Source: Pseudoalteromonas translucida KMM 520 (GTDB lineage Bacteria; Pseudomonadota; Gammaproteobacteria; Enterobacterales; Alteromonadaceae). Taken from it: 32,000 nucleotides of DNA. Location: positions 3,030,001-3,062,000 of the forward strand of contig NZ_CP011034.1 in assembly GCF_001465295.1 (NCBI RefSeq), read 5' to 3'. The notes below the pieces were generated by a model. It did not search any database, was not told the origin of the DNA, and was given only the letters and a program-made list of their open reading frames with translations. The position numbers and the translations under genes were made by a program. Below, in pieces: positions 9,354 through 18,110 of this stretch (position 1 is its first letter; each line of letters starts with the position of its first letter).

Positions 9354-10582
9354 ACGGCCTCCTTCAGCGCTACTAAACGCTGTATTGCATGCTGGGTCAT
9401 GGCTGTATTTAACCCCCCTAAATCAAGCGCTACTTTATATAAATGCTTAGCATCGGGGTACTCACCTAATGCATCTTTAGAGGTTGCTAACGCTAGCCAC
9501 CACTTAGCTTGGCTGGGCTGTAATTTAGTTAACTGCTTAAAGCTATTAAGTGCTTTATTATGCTGGTTGGCACTTTGTGCAGCCGTACCTTGTAGTACCC
9601 AAAATTCAAAGTTTGCTTGTGTTTCAAAATCATCACTGAGTAGCTTTAATACATCGTCGTACTGCTGCTGCATAATTAGAATTTTGCTAAGCATAATGCG
9701 CCATTGCAATACATCAGGGTTTTGACTTATGCCCGCTTGTAAAACCTGTTGCGCCGAGCTTATATCTTGCTGCTTAAAATAGGTTGCCGCAAGTAAGTTT
9801 CTTGCTTCTATATGCTGCTTTGATTGCGCTAAAATATTATTAAGATCGCTTATTGCTTCACTATACAAACCAAACTGTATTGCTTGCTTAGCCGCAAGCA
9901 ATTGCTCAGCAATTAATACTTGCTGAGATTTAGTTTTAGATGAGCTTTTAATCATTACGTTAGCTGGCTTAGCTTTAGATGTTTTAAGGTTTGGCCCAAG
10001 GCTTGGCTCAGCATTTGGCAAATTACTCACAACAGCCGCCACTGCAGGTAAGTTTTTATTAGCTGCAGTTATGTCCTTACTTTCACCCAACGCTTGTGGC
10101 TGAGAGTTATTAACAGCGGCGGCATCATTTATTAATTTATTTACTAATAACTGCTCAGCCTCATCAATATTTTGCGGAGCTACTTTGCCAACAATATTCG
10201 CTACTTTAACGCCAGGCTGGGTATTTAAAGCAGTCGCAACTTCTGGTTGCACATTACTATTTTCGGCTATTTCGTCAGTCACAATAATAGTGCTAGCCAC
10301 ACTTTTTTTAGTTGTTAAGCCTGCTTTTACTTCTTCTTGCGGTAAGGCCGAGGTTAGCGTAACCGATAATTCATCTTGTGTTGGCTTATTGCTCGCCGCT
10401 GCTGGTAAGAGTAAATAAGCAGCAATAACTACGCTTATTACAGTGGCTATCACCAGCGCTTTAAATATTAAATTTTGTAGGTCGTACACTGGGGTAACAT
10501 TTACACCAACTGCGTGCTGTTGGTTAACGTGCTTGGCCTCGCGCTGTTCAATATTTTTTAGCATATTATTAATAACGCTCAT
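9350..10582 (-). CDS. mshN: MSHA biogenesis protein MshN (N-terminal TM, low-complexity linker, C-terminal TPR repeats)
   Basis: The likely start is the ATG at 10582 (MSVINNMLKNIEQ...), which forms an ATGA overlap with the mshM stop. The track start is 10603. The C-terminal half has TPR-like A/L/Y periodicity. Position follows the msh order. Confidence 0.7.
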   Translation of the reverse strand: MSVINNMLKNIEQREAKHVNQQHAVGVNVTPVYDLQNLIFKALVIATVISVVIAAYLLLPAAASNKPTQDELSVTLTSALPQEEVKAGLTTKKSVASTIIVTDEIAENSNVQPEVATALNTQPGVKVANIVGKVAPQNIDEAEQLLVNKLINDAAAVNNSQPQALGESKDITAANKNLPAVAAVVSNLPNAEPSLGPNLKTSKAKPANVMIKSSSKTKSQQVLIAEQLLAAKQAIQFGLYSEAISDLNNILAQSKQHIEARNLLAATYFKQQDISSAQQVLQAGISQNPDVLQWRIMLSKILIMQQQYDDVLKLLSDDFETQANFEFWVLQGTAAQSANQHNKALNSFKQLTKLQPSQAKWWLALATSKDALGEYPDAKHLYKVALDLGGLNTAMTQHAIQRLVALKEAV

Positions 10583-11481
10583 AGCCACTGCCTCCATACC
10601 CAAATTGCAGCAATAGCGATAACACTTATCGTAATTGCACTATAGCTCCAGTAATGACCCACTCTGTATTTAGCACAGTCTTCGGTATCTTTTATTGCCA
10701 GCTGAATATGGCGCGTAGTTATTGCATTTAAGCCCTCTCCATAAGCTTGCAATAACGCTTTATGGCATAAAATATTAACCAAACGCGGAATGCCTCTACT
10801 CGCACGTGCAATTTTTAACCCCATCCGATTATTAAATAAAGGGGGCTGATTAAAACCCGCTACTTGTAACCGGTGGTTTATATAATAAATAACCTCTGCT
10901 GCTGTCATTGGTCTTAACGCATACGAAAAGCTAATTCGTTGGCGTAATTGCCTTACCTTATTATTGGCTAGCTTTTCATCAAGCTCGGGTTGTCCAAAAA
11001 GTACCACCTGAATCAGCTTTTCACTTTCGGTTTCTAAGTTGGTAAATAGTCGTAACGCTTCTAGGGTCTCCCAGCTCAAACATTGCGCTTCGTCTATTAG
11101 TAAAACCACCCGTTTGTTGTCGCTTTGTAAGCTCAATAAGTGATGGTTTATAAGCTGGCTTAGCGCTTGCTGATCTAATGCTTTGTCTACGTTCATTCCC
11201 AGCTCTATAGCCAGCGCCCAGCGTAACTCTTCTGGGCTTAAATATGAGTTAGGTAAATAAGCAACTGTGTAGTCATGTTCAATATGATTAAGTAACTTCC
11301 TGCACAATAAGGTTTTACCTGTGCCAACCTCACCGGTCACTTTAATAAACCCCTCACCCATTGCTATTGCGGTTGTAAGCACTTGCATTGCCTCGTGATG
11401 CGGCGCAAGCGCACAAAAAAACTCGGTGTTGGGGGTTAAGGTGAAAGGCATTTCACTTAAGTTAAAAAAGCTTAAATACAT
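10579..11481 (-). CDS. mshM: MSHA biogenesis ATPase MshM (ExeA/GspA-like AAA_22 P-loop protein)
   Basis: The N-terminus MYLSFFNLSEMPFTLTPN is typical of ExeA. Walker A GEVGTGKT. Walker B VVLLIDEAQ. Confidence 0.8.
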   Translation of the reverse strand: MYLSFFNLSEMPFTLTPNTEFFCALAPHHEAMQVLTTAIAMGEGFIKVTGEVGTGKTLLCRKLLNHIEHDYTVAYLPNSYLSPEELRWALAIELGMNVDKALDQQALSQLINHHLLSLQSDNKRVVLLIDEAQCLSWETLEALRLFTNLETESEKLIQVVLFGQPELDEKLANNKVRQLRQRISFSYALRPMTAAEVIYYINHRLQVAGFNQPPLFNNRMGLKIARASRGIPRLVNILCHKALLQAYGEGLNAITTRHIQLAIKDTEDCAKYRVGHYWSYSAITISVIAIAAIWVWRQWL

Positions 11482-11483
11482 AA

Positions 11484-13142
11484 TTAGTTCTTATACCAAG
11501 TGTCTAAAAGCTGACGGCTTTCGGCTTGCTGCTTTTTCCAAGTGTCGGGCATAACTACTGTTGGCCGGATCAAAATAATAAGTTCTTTTTTCTCTTGGCG
11601 TTTACGTATGTTTTTAAATAAATTACCAAATATGGGAATATCGCCAAGAATAGGTGTTTTAGTTTCTTCGTCCTGCGTTGAGGTTTGCATTAAGCCACCA
11701 ATAACTACTATTTCACCGCTTTGAGCGCGAATAACAGTGTCTGACTCTCTAATATTGCTTTGCGCAAGTGGCAACTCAAAGCGTTGGTCATCTAAGGTAA
11801 TTACCTTTAGCTGCTCTTGGGTTTCGGTTACCGACGGGTGAACATGCAAAATAACCGAGCCATACTTATCTATTTGTGGCGTAACATCTAAAGCAATCCC
11901 CGAAAAAAACGGCGTTAAGTCAATTTCAGGCGAAGTGGTGGTTGAGGTTCCGGTTACTGTGGTGCTCGACACATTAGTAACAAAATACTCGTCCTGCCCT
12001 ACTTTTATCACTGCTTTTTGATTATTAGTGGCTGTAACCCTCGGATTTGACAACATTTGTACGTCACCTTGGGTTTCCAATAAATTAATCACGCCGTTAA
12101 AATCGCCGCGCTCAATAGTTAACGACGATACCCCGCCAAGCGATGCAGAAAGGTTATTACCAAAATTACCTGCAGTAGTTGCAAACGATATACTACTGCC
12201 TAAACCGCTTGATATACGCTCCCAGTTAACCCCTTGCTGATATTCATCTTTTAGCGTTATTTCTATAATTTTTGCCTCAAGAATTACTTGGCGTTGCAGA
12301 TTTTCTTGGCTTTGGCGTAAAAATTCTTTTAGCTGGCTAATTTCACTTGGCAAAGCATTTACGGTAACTAAACTGGCTTGAGGACTGGTGATCACATAGC
12401 GGCCATCGTTAGCTCCAATGAGCGACTTAAGCGCTACTTCTAGCTCTTGCCAAAAATCGTTTTTATTAATTGTTTGAATACGTGAACCGTTTAAATCTAA
12501 ATTTTGACTGCCCCCACCAAACTCATTATTTTGTTGCCCACTGTTACTTGAACCACCACTGGAGCTACCGCTATTTTGTGCTAATTGGCTCACACCACCG
12601 GCCACGACACTCACGGTTGACTGCCCATGGCGCTGCATCATTAAATAGTTAACAGGAATAGTTTCGGTGCGCATTATCGCAGGCAGCACTTGCACAATGC
12701 GCCCTTCGTTTACAATATCTAACGGGTACATGCGTTTAATAACCGCAATCACCTCATCAAATGTAACCCCTTTTAAATTAAGGCTAATAGTGCCACCTAC
12801 TTGAGGATGCACTGCTACGCTAAAAGGCGTACCATCGGTTAGCCCTGCAAAAAATGCTCCCATTTCAACGTCATTAGCGGCCACATCAAAACGCTTTATA
12901 GCCAAGTCATCACTCAGACTTTGCTCATTATTAATTGATGATAATAAGCTTTGTGCTAACTCATTGGGCATCTCCAGTGGCGCAATTGTTTTAGCTTGAG
13001 CTGAATCGGCCGCAAACTCTTGTCCAATATGCGATTTAAGCTCTTTACCCGGCTTAAAGCTATGGCAAGCAGTTAAAAATGTCGGTAATAATAAAAGTAC
13101 CAACCATGGGCTAGATAAATTATTTTTTAATTTTATAGTCAT
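11484..13142 (-). CDS. mshL: MSHA secretin MshL (lipoprotein secretin)
   Basis: Lipobox FLTAC at residues 22-26. The C-terminal secretin domain ends in ...TPILGDIPIFGNLFKNIRKRQEKKELIILIRPTVV. Confidence 0.85.
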   Translation of the reverse strand: MTIKLKNNLSSPWLVLLLLPTFLTACHSFKPGKELKSHIGQEFAADSAQAKTIAPLEMPNELAQSLLSSINNEQSLSDDLAIKRFDVAANDVEMGAFFAGLTDGTPFSVAVHPQVGGTISLNLKGVTFDEVIAVIKRMYPLDIVNEGRIVQVLPAIMRTETIPVNYLMMQRHGQSTVSVVAGGVSQLAQNSGSSSGGSSNSGQQNNEFGGGSQNLDLNGSRIQTINKNDFWQELEVALKSLIGANDGRYVITSPQASLVTVNALPSEISQLKEFLRQSQENLQRQVILEAKIIEITLKDEYQQGVNWERISSGLGSSISFATTAGNFGNNLSASLGGVSSLTIERGDFNGVINLLETQGDVQMLSNPRVTATNNQKAVIKVGQDEYFVTNVSSTTVTGTSTTTSPEIDLTPFFSGIALDVTPQIDKYGSVILHVHPSVTETQEQLKVITLDDQRFELPLAQSNIRESDTVIRAQSGEIVVIGGLMQTSTQDEETKTPILGDIPIFGNLFKNIRKRQEKKELIILIRPTVVMPDTWKKQQAESRQLLDTWYKN

Positions 13143-13443
13143 ATAGTTCTAATTTTATTTGCTTATCATCATTAGCTAACACAACATGTTTTGAGTTGAT
13201 ACTTAGCACTCGAAAACCCTCTATAGCATCGCCTGCTTTATATAGATGCCCTGAAATAATCGCTTTATATGCCGTACTATTTTTAATAATAGATTGCAGC
13301 TTAAACTCTGTTTTTTGTGCAACCACTACACCATTACTGATAAACATTGCGGGCTTAGTTGGATCCAGTAACTGCGCTGCGGCACTAGGTGTGACAAGGC
13401 ACACCATTAAAATATAAAAACTATAACGCAATAAATTTTTCAT
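13120..13443 (-). CDS. mshK: MSHA biogenesis protein MshK (small periplasmic protein with signal peptide)
   Basis: 107 aa with signal peptide ...LVTPSAAAQ. Sits between mshJ and mshL. Called mainly by synteny. Confidence 0.55.
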   Translation of the reverse strand: MKNLLRYSFYILMVCLVTPSAAAQLLDPTKPAMFISNGVVVAQKTEFKLQSIIKNSTAYKAIISGHLYKAGDAIEGFRVLSINSKHVVLANDDKQIKLELYDYKIKK

Positions 13444-14107
13444 TCGCGCTCACCGTAGCAATTTGCAAAGTTAACTCAGCTTGCGGATACGTCTGTACCT
13501 GATAGCTAAACTCTTGAATTAATAATTTGTTTTGATTATTTTTTAACGCAGCTAAATATTGCATTAAATTAAAGTAACTACCGTGTAGGGTAACCACCAT
13601 TTGATGTTCAAAAAATAGCGTTTGTGTATCATTTTCCCCGAGTTTTTCTACATCAATTGCTTTAGCTGGCTTTACTTTAAAACTCACAACTTGCACTTCG
13701 GTACTGTTAATTAATAAGTCTTTTAATACCGCGGGTACTTTTTTTGCAGCAATAAACCCTTGGCTAAAGGTATTAAGCTGTTTATTAATAAGCTGCTGCT
13801 GTTGTTTTGCTTGCGCTATTTGCTGCTGTAAAACGTGGGTATAATTATGGCTAAGCGCCTGCTCTAACATAGAGAGCTGGTCGTTTGCTTGCTGTAACTC
13901 TTGTAAAATAGAATGCTGCTGCGACTCAAGTCGACTAACTGCATCTTGCTGTGGAAAAATAATAAATAGCAAACCTAAGTAAATAATAATTAACAAACCA
14001 ACAAACTGCGTTAAGTACTTCTCACGTTTTTGCAATGCCGCAAACTGCGCTTGATACTTAACCCAAGTAGGCCAACTTGTTTTTTTGCTCTGTTTATTTT
14101 GGCTCAT
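13421..14107 (-). CDS. mshJ: MSHA biogenesis protein MshJ (PilO-like: one TM plus coiled coil)
   Basis: 228 aa. TM segment FVGLLIIIYLGLLFIIF followed by a Q-rich coiled coil. ATGA overlap with the upstream gene. Confidence 0.6.
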   Translation of the reverse strand: MSQNKQSKKTSWPTWVKYQAQFAALQKREKYLTQFVGLLIIIYLGLLFIIFPQQDAVSRLESQQHSILQELQQANDQLSMLEQALSHNYTHVLQQQIAQAKQQQQLINKQLNTFSQGFIAAKKVPAVLKDLLINSTEVQVVSFKVKPAKAIDVEKLGENDTQTLFFEHQMVVTLHGSYFNLMQYLAALKNNQNKLLIQEFSYQVQTYPQAELTLQIATVSANEKFIAL

Positions 14108-14703
14108 GGCTTAACTCCCTTACCGCTCAGGTCGGTGGCAACGTTAAACTCGCTAATCCCATCTTCAGTAGCTAGCTCCAGCACTGAGAACTCTTTATCA
14201 GCAAAAAAAGTGGATTGCTTTAAATTACTAAACCAAATAGGTAAATACTTAGACTGTAAGGTTTGCCCATGCAAAGTAACTTTTTGGCCTATAAACTGAA
14301 TTTCGGTAAGCCAAATATTCGATTCATGATATTGCGCTAAATCTCGCATTACTTCGGCATAATCGGTTTTAGATTGTGCTGATGTTTGCGCTAAGTAGCT
14401 AAAAACTTGTTGTTTATGCTGTATTTCTTGCTGTAGTGTTTTTAATTCACTTATTAATAATGTTTTATTTTGTTTATCGGCAAGTTGCTGTTTTACCACT
14501 TCTAGCTGAGTTTTAGCTTGCTTAAGCTGCACTTTACTTTGCTGTAAAAGTATATGGTTTGCATGCTCTTTGTAGGCATATAGTGACCACACAATAGCAA
14601 TAATAATTAACGCGCCACCCCACAGCATTAGCATATTTTGCAGCAATACGGGATCACGCCTTACACGTAAGGACTTTTGATAAAAGTTAATCCGGGTTTT
14701 CAT
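14104..14703 (-). CDS. mshI2: MshI C-terminal half as a separate gene (MshI2, PilN-like)
   Basis: 199 aa. TM segment LMLWGGALIIIAIVWSLYAY followed by a coiled coil. ATGA overlaps on both sides. Confidence 0.6.
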   Translation of the reverse strand: MKTRINFYQKSLRVRRDPVLLQNMLMLWGGALIIIAIVWSLYAYKEHANHILLQQSKVQLKQAKTQLEVVKQQLADKQNKTLLISELKTLQQEIQHKQQVFSYLAQTSAQSKTDYAEVMRDLAQYHESNIWLTEIQFIGQKVTLHGQTLQSKYLPIWFSNLKQSTFFADKEFSVLELATEDGISEFNVATDLSGKGVKP

Positions 14704-15632
14704 ATCACAGACTCCGGCTCAGTTAATTGATAAGCCGCACCCAATGCGTAGTAATATTGCGTTTCTAATTGCTGTGCTAGGTCTAGGGTTGGTTTAAAAT
14801 CAATCACTTTAACGTGTAAAAACTCAGCCAATTCTGCCCTAAGTGTTAATGACGTCAAATCGTCACACTGTAGCTGAATACTGCGAATAGGTGGCTGCTT
14901 CAACTGGCTTTCAAAAAAGTCCATCGAACGCTGAATTTCAAGTCCAAATGCCTCTACCAACTCCTGACTTTGATCCTTATCTGACATACCCAATAAGCCA
15001 TTTAAACGCCGAGTAAGTAATAGCTGCCCATCGCGAATAATTAAAATACGTGGTTCAAAGCTGGCATGCTGCACAATGAGCATGTGGGCGTCTTTACTCG
15101 TGCCGAGTAGAGTTACAAGAGTCATTTCCTCCGATGTCATAGTGCGTAAAAGAGGCTTTACCTGCTTAAAACTATCTATAAACGGCAATAACTGCAGCTT
15201 ACTGGTAATAAACACGTTCATTTTTTTACTTTGCATCGGCAATGTAATTGGATAATCAATAAAATCAGCAACAATATCTTCAGGAGCAATATCGACTAGA
15301 TCTTTCGTTATCCACGGTAGCGATTGGATGATCTCTTCATCACTTAGTGCAGGTTTTTCTATTTGCACAATTTGATAAAGGGAATGAGGAATAACTAAGT
15401 TCACTGCGCACACATCACTACTAACCTGTTGCGTACATAGCGTAATTGCAGCAGTATAGTCATGTTTTTCAGTGATCTCTACACTATGGTATTTGTGTAT
15501 TTTCCAGTGTCCATACTGTTTTTTTAAACAGACTGCATTAACGGTATTAGCATATGTAGCCACACCTACAACTGTATTTTTATCTAAACTACGCTTGAAC
15601 AAGGAAAACAGTGAAAACAGTTTTCTTTTCAT
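14700..15632 (-). CDS. mshI1: MshI N-terminal half (MshI1, PilM-like actin-fold protein); first gene of the operon
   Basis: 310 aa soluble protein directly upstream of the PilN-like and PilO-like genes. The size and position fit PilM. Confidence 0.65.
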   Translation of the reverse strand: MKRKLFSLFSLFKRSLDKNTVVGVATYANTVNAVCLKKQYGHWKIHKYHSVEITEKHDYTAAITLCTQQVSSDVCAVNLVIPHSLYQIVQIEKPALSDEEIIQSLPWITKDLVDIAPEDIVADFIDYPITLPMQSKKMNVFITSKLQLLPFIDSFKQVKPLLRTMTSEEMTLVTLLGTSKDAHMLIVQHASFEPRILIIRDGQLLLTRRLNGLLGMSDKDQSQELVEAFGLEIQRSMDFFESQLKQPPIRSIQLQCDDLTSLTLRAELAEFLHVKVIDFKPTLDLAQQLETQYYYALGAAYQLTEPESVI

Positions 15633-15708
15633 ATAGCTACTATTATTATTAGTCGATGTACTAACTGTCGTACATTTTCATTACTTTGCCAAGTGATTAC
15701 CACAAATA

Positions 15709-16617
15709 ATGTTAAATAAACTTAAAATAAATGAAAACAACCAAATACAACAAATAGATAGTGATTTATTAAAACGCAAAAATATATTTTTAGGCGTTAA
15801 GCGCGATGATCTACTCCACCCCCTCATAAGTGGTAATAAATGGCGAAAACTTAAATACAATTTAGCCCAGATGCAGGCGCTTAAAAAAACTGAATTACTC
15901 ACTTTTGGTGGTGCTTTTTCTAATCATATTCATGCGTGTGCGGCGGCTGGCAAATTTTTTAATATAAAAACGCATGGTATTATTCGCGGCCCAGAATTAG
16001 ACCCTAACAATCCTACACTTTTGTTCGCACAGCAATGTGGTATGCAGCTACACCCAGTCACACGTATAGAATACAAACAACGTAGCCAAAGCGATTATTT
16101 AGCGCAGTTGCAATCGCGTTTCCCTAATGCCTATATTTTACCTGAGGGTGGCACAAATAAACTGGCGCTTGAGGGTTGTAAAGAGCTTGCCCAGAGCTTA
16201 CCTAAGCACGACTACTTAGTTTGCCCCACAGGAAGTGGTGGCACATTAGCAGGGCTTATTGAAGGCAGTTCAGTTAATACAACGGTACTGGGAATTGCGG
16301 TACTAAAACAAGCTGACTATTTACGCGATGAAATTACAGCACTTAGCTCAAAAGCAGCTTCACAAACTAATTGGCAATTATTATGTCATTTTCATGGTGG
16401 GGGTTATGGTAAATTTTCTGCCGAACTTTGGCAGTTTTGCCAATACATGAAAACCGAGCACCAATTGCCATTAGAGCCTATTTATACTGGTAAAATGATG
16501 CATGCTTTGTGGCAATTAATTGCGCAAGACTACTTTGTGCCAGGCAGTAAAATTATTGCGGTTCATACGGGTGGGTTACAAGGATTAGATGGTTTAAAGT
16601 ACAGAGGACTTATTTAA
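15709..16617 (+). CDS. PLP-dependent enzyme, D-cysteine desulfhydrase / ACC deaminase family
   Basis: IFLGVKRDDLLHPLISGNKWRKLKYNL aligns by eye with E. coli DcyD [24 protein letters not shown], which contains the PLP lysine. Also shares a C-terminal HTGG motif. Confidence 0.8.
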   Translation: MLNKLKINENNQIQQIDSDLLKRKNIFLGVKRDDLLHPLISGNKWRKLKYNLAQMQALKKTELLTFGGAFSNHIHACAAAGKFFNIKTHGIIRGPELDPNNPTLLFAQQCGMQLHPVTRIEYKQRSQSDYLAQLQSRFPNAYILPEGGTNKLALEGCKELAQSLPKHDYLVCPTGSGGTLAGLIEGSSVNTTVLGIAVLKQADYLRDEITALSSKAASQTNWQLLCHFHGGGYGKFSAELWQFCQYMKTEHQLPLEPIYTGKMMHALWQLIAQDYFVPGSKIIAVHTGGLQGLDGLKYRGLI

Positions 16618-16619
16618 CC

Positions 16620-17975
16620 TTAATGAAATACGGTTTGTGTAAAATCAGGCAGCAACTGCGTAAAATAAAACCCCTGCGCGGCATTTACCCCTAAAATAGT
16701 AAGCATTTGTAGCTCTTGCTTGGTTTCTACGTCACTAGCAAATACCGCTATATTTAATAACTGGCAAGCATTTACAATGTTTTTTACACAACGTTGTTGA
16801 TACGCGCTTTTCTCTATTGAGTGCACTAAATCGTAGGCTAATTTAACTCCTAAAACTTGTGGATAATTAACCAGTTGAATAATATGGTCGCTACTTTTAA
16901 TATCATCAATAATAATCTGATAATTTAGCTTAGTTATTATTTTTAATACGCCTTGTAAACGTATTTGATATTTAAAAAAGTCTGCTGCATTTATTTCAAA
17001 CTGTAGTTTATGCTCTATTTTAAAATCGCCTACTTGCGTTATTAGCCATTGCCAAAATGCTTTGTTAAACCAATTTTTAGGATGTAAGCTAATGCTAATA
17101 ATTGCAGCAGCAGTATCTGCTAGTAATAGCTTTTTAACTTTGATGATAATTGCTTGATCAAATAAAAGTGCGTCCTGATCATTATATAACTGATTAATGC
17201 CAGCATTAGCTAGCAGTAACTCATTAGCGCCACCGCGTACTCTAATCAACACTTCATGTTGCAAAATACGCCCACTATCGAGCTCAAATAAAGGCTGAAA
17301 ATAAATTACAAACTTATTTTTTTTAATGCTTTTTATTATTTGATTATTCGAAAATATATTTACTCGGCTATGGCTTATTCCCAAGCGATGACAATGCTGT
17401 AGTGAGCTTTGCTGCGACAGAGTTAACGCCGATTTTGCTTGCTGATAAACCAGTGTTTGATTGGCACTTGCTCTGTAATTACACAGCCCTATTTTTACAT
17501 TTTGTGCAGTTAAGTGTTTTTGATGCTTTTTACATATTGTGAGTGCACAAAAATTTAAGCACTCAATGTACAGCTCTAACTTAATGATTGGAATATGCTT
17601 TATGGTTACCGCTAAGTTACCCGCACTTAACAATTTAACTGAAATATCGTTTAACGCAGGTAAGTTTTTTGCAAGTAGAACTTTAAAACTAGCTTCTAGA
17701 TCAGTGCTGGGATCAAAATCACAATGACACTCGATCAGGGCAAATATATTATAAGCTGCAGCCGTACTCTCACTCAAAGGGCGAGCATTATCTAAAGTAT
17801 TAGTAGGCGTTTTTTCTACCTCTACTTTACGGTTTACATTAAACCTTGATTTCAATGACGCTACTAGAGTTGCTAAATGAGTAACCCAGCGAGTTACCGC
17901 TAATATAATTAAATTTAGCAACACAACAAGATGAGCCTTAAAGCGGTTAATAAACTTAAGCTTACCCTTTTGCAT
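16620..17975 (-). CDS. mshH: MshH / CsrD-like membrane protein with degenerate GGDEF-like and degenerate EAL domains
   Basis: One TM, then a GGDEF-position LSAGNLAV, then an EAL domain (YFQPLF...QHEVLIRV, IIIDDIKSS, VKLAYDL, FASDVET, AQGFYF). The ATG at 17975 gives MQKGKLKF... The track start at 18032 is GTG. Confidence 0.6.
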   Translation of the reverse strand: MQKGKLKFINRFKAHLVVLLNLIILAVTRWVTHLATLVASLKSRFNVNRKVEVEKTPTNTLDNARPLSESTAAAYNIFALIECHCDFDPSTDLEASFKVLLAKNLPALNDISVKLLSAGNLAVTIKHIPIIKLELYIECLNFCALTICKKHQKHLTAQNVKIGLCNYRASANQTLVYQQAKSALTLSQQSSLQHCHRLGISHSRVNIFSNNQIIKSIKKNKFVIYFQPLFELDSGRILQHEVLIRVRGGANELLLANAGINQLYNDQDALLFDQAIIIKVKKLLLADTAAAIISISLHPKNWFNKAFWQWLITQVGDFKIEHKLQFEINAADFFKYQIRLQGVLKIITKLNYQIIIDDIKSSDHIIQLVNYPQVLGVKLAYDLVHSIEKSAYQQRCVKNIVNACQLLNIAVFASDVETKQELQMLTILGVNAAQGFYFTQLLPDFTQTVFH

Positions 17976-18110
17976 AATGCACTCGCTAGTTAAATTACTA
18001 ACTAAAGTGTTGTCTAAGATCCCAATAAGCACAAGGTAATAGTAAAAGTTTAGTATTGCATTTATAGCTAATAAATAATGTTTATAAACTTCTCTAAATA
18101 ACTTAAAGCG

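Noticed and set aside
14100-15632. Split mshI interpreted as a frameshifted pseudogene
   Set aside because: The two parts meet at a clean ATGA stop/start overlap. Each corresponds to a complete domain (PilM-like, PilN-like). A split mshI1/mshI2 arrangement has been reported in Pseudoalteromonas, as far as I recall.
15693-15704. CRP-like GTGATTACCACA near the PLP gene start
   Set aside because: The spacing and the right half-site do not fit TGTGA-N6-TCACA.
15681-15902. 73-aa minus-strand ORF spanning the mshI/PLP-gene spacer
   Set aside because: It overlaps the well-supported start of the plus-strand PLP enzyme gene. Its sequence is hydrophobic and Cys/Leu-rich with no Shine-Dalgarno, so it is most likely spurious.
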